A stretch of 64,000 nucleotides of DNA from Phallusia mammillata (Eukaryota), in assembly GCA_965637545.1 (NCBI GenBank), contig OZ281495.1, forward strand, positions 24,676,001 through 24,740,000, written 5' to 3'. A program made the translations under genes and the position numbers. The first letter of the stretch is position 1. The number at the start of each line of letters is the position of its first letter. Shown here one piece after another: positions 61,901 to 64,000 of the stretch. Under the pieces are notes generated by a model that saw only the letters and a list, made by a program, of their open reading frames with translations, had not been told where the DNA came from and did not search any database.

Positions 61901-64000
61901 GTGGTGAATTTTAACACAAACTACCGAATACTCAATGACATGAATTTTAACGTCATAAACAGTTCGAATAATCAACAAGTATACGGATGTGGATAAAAGG
62001 TAGACACAAGTTTTGACCTTTACGAATAGATTGTAAACTATGAGGAAAATCAAATTTCTTTTTGACTATAATTGACAAACGACATGTACACGCTGACGGT
62101 CGTTGGTGGATAAAGGGTCCTTTTTCGGCCCACAATACAAAAAAGGTTGCATGTGCAACCCTTATCTACCTTTTAGGTCTAAAAATCACATAAATTGAAT
62201 ATGAATGGTCAACATAACAATATAACCTTGTTTCAACTCAAAAATATCTATAAAATATATTTCACCTAAAAAAATAAATCCCGGGTCACACGAACTCTCT
62301 TAGGTCTTTCGGGTTCATCAACCATTGCTTCGGATTTCGCTGTTCTGTCTGGGGAAGCGACGCTGGATGCTCTTGTGTTTGTGGGATCTCCCTCTCAATT
62401 CAAGATGGCGGATCGCACGAGCGCCGATGATCTCGTACACGTTTACGTCGAGTCTGTTCAAGCACATTCCTTCTCCAACTTCCGCACAAGCAATTCCATA
62501 ATTCATCTGTCTGACAGACACAGGTAAACTATAGCGTTTACTGTGTTATACATAAACGAAATCCTGGAATTTTCATAATGAAAGCTTTCGATTTGCCGAC
62601 ACTCAATGATGTACGTAAAAATAGAATGATTTGAATACTAGTGAAGCAGCTAAGATGAAAATATATTCATACTGGGATCAATTCTAAAGCGATTATGCAG
62701 ACCGGCATCTAGAAACCATGGTACGCCAGGCCCATTGAAGGCGTTATACCGCAAGTGTTTTCTGACCTGTTCCTTGCCATATGGGAATGCTTGGAAGACC
62801 GGCTTAATTCGGTATAACGCCTTCAATGGCCCTGGCGTGCTATAGTTTGCTAGTGAAGCAGTGTGAAAGAAAGATATCAAAGACGTTTGGTTTGAAATAT
62901 TAGTCAAAAAATATGTCTTAAGTTGAAATATCCAAATTCAAATTCTGATTTTAACTAGTTTAGCCTTAATACTAATTTTTGTTCAAAGGTTTTACCTCGA
63001 AACGTTGTCAGCTGGAAGCACAGAGACCGTTTTCTCATTGCCAGTCAATGTTGAGGTTTACTTGGGTGGTGCTCTGCTTCTTCCAACATCCAAACCGACT
63101 TTACTTGTGGAAAGTGGACGTCGATTGAAGTGGTGCGGAGGTGCTGACGGATTTACGAGTCTGCTTATTGCTAGTAGTTCGACAGTTGAAACCGACTTCC
63201 CCGCACACACTGGAACTGATATTAGAGACCAAGGTGAGGATTGACTGCTTTTGTGGGTGTTACTGGGAAAGTTTGGCAGATATAAGGTTCCACATAGTAA
63301 TCCAAAACCCAGGGTAGAAAATCTCAGGGCAAAGAAATAACCGTAACGACTTTCTTATGGAATAAATCTCATAACGGCTGATTGAGTTTGGCCTAAGATT
63401 TTGGATTATGGTAATGTAAAATAAAACAGTTATCACTTGGGAACTTTATACTGTGGGGGTTGATTTCAATACAGACAACAACTTTGTAGTATTAATGCAA
63501 ATCTGGGCTAAATGGCTTCATGTTTTAAGTGCGACATATACGGTTTTAAATTAACCGCGAAAATAAATACAAGTAAAAGGATCTAAATATTTCGACAAAT
63601 GCTGTTGTCACCATTATCTTGAATTATGAAACGAAAAAAAGTCCACAGCTGTAATTCTTACGTTTATTATGTGTAGTTCTTTATATACCTTGTAAATCAT
63701 GTGGATAATACTTCAAATTCTGTCAAAGTTTTAGTATCTCTACTGATACTCAAATGTCCATAGTACTAAAGTAAGTTCCAAGTCAAGCCAAGAGTTAATA
63801 TAATTGTTTTCGTTCAAACGTAGGTGTCATCCAACTTACCAATATAACTGTAATGGAGGGCGGTCGGCTCATCCACTCAACCACTTGTGGTGACAACCCG
63901 ACCAACAGACAGTTGAATTTCAAAATATCGGATACAATGGAAATTGATGCCAGCGCGACGGCCGACGATTCATCCTTTAACATCGAGGCTAAGCGACTCC
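1..64000 (+). CDS. Giant multi-exon gene (partial at both ends), >7,600 aa glycine-rich / beta-strand-rich tandem-repeat protein, probably extracellular; uncharacterised
   Basis: 99 exons joined by hand with compatible splice phases and canonical GT..AG ends (one GC donor). Hand-summed coding length is about 22,980 nt. There is no in-frame stop apart from the consequence of one frameshift near 34320. The frame is open at base 1 (FEASTLDITP...) and still open at 64000 (...NIEAKRL). 15 copies of the GASHGG...GGGSGGSI...GGGGGGRIAI module; many NxS/T sequons. Confidence 0.93.
2288..5932 (+). CDS. Exons 4-11: repeat unit 1
   Basis: Exons 2288-2541, 2953-3136, 3515-3685, 3896-4122, 4532-4653, 5299-5408, 5516-5643, 5761-5932. 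PGASHGGRGG; GGGSGGSIWIK; GAAGTTYY. Exon 5299-5408 is required to bridge phase 2 to phase 1. Confidence 0.88.
5455..5511. repeat. 30-bp tandem duplication just upstream of the exon-10 acceptor
   Basis: TTGCATTGACCAATGTTATGTGTGCT occurs twice with 30-nt spacing. Confidence 0.85.
6213..8084 (+). CDS. Exons 12-14: repeat unit 2 (contains RKRR)
   Basis: Exons 6213-6500, 7205-7510, 7821-8084. AGGSYGGQGG; GGGGGGRVALHF; SSRKRRSITT. Confidence 0.9.
6523..6648. mobile_element. Degenerate hAT-type MITE (126 bp)
   Basis: Perfect 8-bp TSD GTCTAGTT (6515-6522 and 6649-6656). Imperfect TIRs TAGTGATTCTTAACATTTTT / revcomp CAGTAGTTTTTAACCTTTTT. Confidence 0.7.
6819..6901. repeat. About 42-bp tandem duplication in intron 12
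   Basis: AACAGTGATTTTT..TATCTATGAAGTGCTGAAATCACTACC is followed by a near-identical second copy. Confidence 0.8.
8533..11925 (+). CDS. Exons 15-17: end of unit 2 and repeat unit 3
   Basis: Exons 8533-9846 (1314 nt, largest in the window), 10717-10992, 11572-11925. SGAGHGGRGG; FYFDELQVWGNAHF; MIGDRTGAIHVG. Confidence 0.92.
9880..10044 (-). mobile_element. Internally deleted copy of the CAGAGTTGTAA-TIR element (family of 27760-28102), opposite orientation
   Basis: Both ends align by eye to the reverse complement of the ends of 27760-28102 (gggcttgtgct, ctttacact motifs). Confidence 0.6.
10193..10613. mobile_element. hAT (Charlie-like) MITE, 421 bp
   Basis: Perfect 16-bp TIR CAGTGGTTCTCAAACT / AGTTTGAGAACCACTG. 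Perfect 8-bp TSD GTCTATAC. No transposase. Confidence 0.92.
11175..11450. mobile_element. hAT-type MITE, 276 bp
   Basis: TIR CAGGGCTGGGGAGTC / GACTCCCCAACTCTG. TSD GTTTTTAC / GCTTTTAC (7/8). Subterminal gactc(c) repeats. Confidence 0.8.
12315..14867 (+). CDS. Exons 18-21: repeat unit 4 (with Ser/Thr-rich loop)
   Basis: Exons 12315-12747, 13173-13479, 13807-14368, 14653-14867. Confidence 0.9.
15141..18171 (+). CDS. Exons 22-26: repeat unit 5
   Basis: Exons 15141-15896, 16347-16610, 17084-17372, 17771-17870, 17939-18171 (68-nt intron between the last two). Confidence 0.9.
18703..20898 (+). CDS. Exons 27-30: repeat unit 6
   Basis: Exons 18703-19042, 19475-19746, 20037-20291, 20677-20898. Confidence 0.9.
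21403..26574 (+). CDS. Exons 31-37: repeat unit 7 with inserted galactose-binding-like domain
   Basis: Exons 21403-21837, 22195-22362, 23009-23889, 24311-24418, 24493-24681, 25779-26002, 26431-26574. Confidence 0.9.
22856..22897. repeat. 20-bp direct repeat x2
   Basis: AACGTGACCCCAACATTTTT at 22856 and 22878. Confidence 0.75.
24781..25109. mobile_element. hAT (Charlie-like) MITE, 329 bp
   Basis: TIR CAGTGGTTCCGAAACT / AGTTTGGGAACCCCTG. Perfect TSD GTTTAAAC. Confidence 0.9.
26999..32921 (+). CDS. Exons 38-45: repeat unit 8
   Basis: Exons 26999-27211, 27447-27580, 28329-28499, 29170-29332, 29624-29743, 30524-30664, 31787-32033, 32786-32921. Confidence 0.87.
27273..27297. mobile_element. Terminal fragment of the Tc1/mariner-like MITE family (CAGTACGCCAGGCCCATTGAAGGCG TIR)
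   Basis: CGCCTTAAATGGGCCTGGCGTACTG is a near match to the reverse complement of the TIR seen at 36594 and 62719. Confidence 0.55.
27760..28102. mobile_element. hAT-type MITE, 343 bp (CAGAGTTGTAA TIR, gcccga subterminal repeats)
   Basis: TIR CAGAGTTGTAA / TTACAACTCTG. TSD CTGCAGTT / CTGTAGTT (7/8). Related copies at about 9880, 29755 and 45420. Confidence 0.85.
28874..29141. mobile_element. Degenerate hAT (Charlie-like) MITE, 268 bp
   Basis: TIR CAGTGGTTCTCTA / TGAAAACTACTG. TSD CACTAGCG / TACTAGCG (7/8). Confidence 0.68.
29919..30488. mobile_element. hAT-type non-autonomous element, 570 bp
   Basis: Perfect TIR CATAGGCGCC / GGCGCCTATG. Perfect 8-bp TSD GTTGTACC. GC-rich left end; no coding capacity. 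Confidence 0.85.
30732..31737. repeat. 17-bp minisatellite (AATAGCATAATTCACTT)n, about 58-59 units
   Basis: Uninterrupted head-to-tail array with point variants (CATCATT, CATAGTT, CTTATTAG). Fills most of intron 30665-31786. Confidence 0.97.
32431..32605. mobile_element. Old degenerate hAT-type MITE, 175 bp
   Basis: TIR CACTGACTCTCAAAC / GTTTAAGAAACAGTG. TSD CTGCACAG / CTGTACTG (6/8). Confidence 0.5.
33285..38835 (+). CDS. Exons 46-55: repeat unit 9 (frameshift in exon 47; second galactose-binding-like domain)
   Basis: Exons 33285-33500, 34238-34401 (1 nt short), 34772-34959, 35694-35887 (GC donor), 36247-36384, 37037-37181, 37648-37800, 38065-38175, 38242-38362, 38542-38835. Confidence 0.82.
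35083..35202. repeat. Imperfect inverted repeat (about 28-bp arms), probable small MITE relic
   Basis: TTTAATGGTCAAAATAACGGCCATTATA versus the reverse complement of TATATGGGCCGTTGTTTTCAACATTAAA. Confidence 0.45.
36421..36444. repeat. Short interrupted (GT)n microsatellite
   Basis: gtgtgtgtgttggtgtgtgtgtgt. Confidence 0.7.
36594..36666. mobile_element. Truncated Tc1/mariner-like MITE (same family as 62719-62842, opposite orientation)
   Basis: CAGTACGCCAAGCCCATTGAAGGCGCTATACCGAATCAGCCGGTC..CAAGCATTC..CATATGGCAAGG matches the reverse complement of the right half of 62719-62842. Confidence 0.7.
36730..36895 (+). pseudogene. Tandem duplicate of the intron 3' end plus 5' part of exon 51 (pseudo-exon 36840-36877)
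   Basis: 36840-36877 is identical to 37037-37074. Upstream intron sequence is homologous but diverged. The copy is truncated by a 20-nt deletion. Confidence 0.8.
39170..39385. mobile_element. Partial hAT-type MITE (left TIR CACTGGTCGGCAACC; ggtccgc repeats), right end not recognisable
   Basis: Left end resembles the hAT CAGGGGTCGGCAACC terminus. Internal ccggtccgc motifs recur. No clear TSD. Confidence 0.45.
39611..43388 (+). CDS. Exons 56-62: repeat unit 10
   Basis: Exons 39611-39850, 40386-40571, 40920-41161, 41669-41784, 42163-42389, 42700-42845, 43277-43388. Confidence 0.88.
43464..48118 (+). CDS. Exons 63-70: repeat unit 11
   Basis: Exons 43464-43543, 44216-44440, 45301-45402, 45995-46195, 46711-46897, 47314-47417, 47513-47641, 47932-48118. 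Confidence 0.87.
44449..44849. mobile_element. hAT (Ac-like TAGGGATG TIR) MITE, 401 bp, inserted in the exon-64 donor region
   Basis: TIR TAGGGATGTGCC / GGCGCATCCCTA. Perfect TSD GTATTTTT (44441-44448, 44850-44857). Multiple CCGAGCA / TGCTCGG subterminal repeats in both orientations. Confidence 0.9.
45420..45701 (+). mobile_element. Left-truncated copy of the 27760-28102 element
   Basis: Shares aggtccagcaactggcta..ttagcta, atactgacac..agtgtaaagt and the acaactct terminus with 27840-28102. Confidence 0.75.
45714..45929. mobile_element. hAT (Charlie-like) MITE, 216 bp
   Basis: TIR CAGTAGTTCTCAAACT / AGTTTGAGAACCACTG. Perfect TSD GGCTACGG. Confidence 0.92.
48573..52015 (+). CDS. Exons 71-77: repeat unit 12 with furin-like Cys-rich insert
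   Basis: Exons 48573-48838, 49112-49262, 49656-49810, 50311-50515, 50782-50906, 51215-51415, 51835-52015. Confidence 0.88.
52444..56308 (+). CDS. Exons 78-85: repeat unit 13
   Basis: Exons 52444-52724, 53479-53722, 54178-54321, 54498-54675, 54912-55086, 55398-55579, 55979-56120, 56210-56308. Confidence 0.88.
53005..53220. mobile_element. hAT (Charlie-like) MITE, 216 bp
   Basis: TIR CAGTGATTCTCAAAC / GTTTGATAACCACTG. Perfect TSD CTGTAAAA. Internal gcggctc repeats. Confidence 0.9.
56611..60286 (+). CDS. Exons 86-93: repeat unit 14
   Basis: Exons 56611-56778, 57228-57459, 57746-58014, 58372-58555, 58857-58949, 59395-59632, 59781-59928, 60148-60286. Confidence 0.86.
60646..64000 (+). CDS. Exons 94-99: repeat unit 15, running off the window end
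   Basis: Exons 60646-60828, 61106-61212, 61363-61657, 62304-62523, 62989-63233, 63824->64000. LGGSHGGRGG; GGGAGGSIYIQ; GGPGLIYL. Confidence 0.85.
62719..62842. mobile_element. Tc1/mariner-like MITE, about 124 bp, with about 31-bp TIRs
   Basis: GTACGCCAGGCCCATTGAAGGCGTTATACCG ... CGGTATAACGCCTTCAATGGCCCTGGCGTGC, followed by TA. Two further fragments in the window give a consensus terminus CAGTACGCC. Confidence 0.8.

Noticed and set aside
1-64000. Bacterial PE-PGRS, autotransporter or giant adhesin interpretation
   Set aside because: Coding blocks are separated by AT-rich GT-AG introns with polypyrimidine tracts and consistent phases, so this is a eukaryotic spliced gene.

Overview
Eukaryotic (animal-type) genomic DNA with AT-rich spliceosomal introns, compatible with a compact invertebrate genome such as an ascidian (not provable from the window). 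The whole 64 kb lies inside ONE giant + strand protein-coding gene whose start and stop are both outside the window. By hand I joined 99 phase-compatible exons (98 introns: 97 GT-AG, 1 GC-AG) into about 22,980 coding nt, i.e. more than 7,600 aa. The protein is an array of 15 units of about 420-640 aa. Each unit is a glycine-rich module (GASHGGxGG...YG...P..FGSGG...GGxGGGxIxI...VDGxIxANG...GGGSGGSIxI...GxGxIxANGG...GGGGGGRIAI...GGxGTxY...TLxVDNxG) followed by a beta-strand-rich segment (FDELxIxGxAHL...GDRxGxIHVGxxQ). Inserted into loops are two galactose-binding/discoidin-like domains, a furin-like Cys-rich repeat, an RKRR convertase site and a mucin-like Ser/Thr stretch. The spliced frame breaks only once, at a 1-nt deficit near 34320. 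That break sits in a 3-kb cluster of irregularities that also includes a GC donor, a GAG acceptor and a duplicated decoy exon. Introns carry about a dozen non-autonomous hAT- and Tc1-like MITEs (many with 8-bp TSDs) and a 1-kb 17-mer minisatellite. I saw no rRNA, tRNA, CRISPR array or transposase. Family assignments come from motif recall, not database searches.
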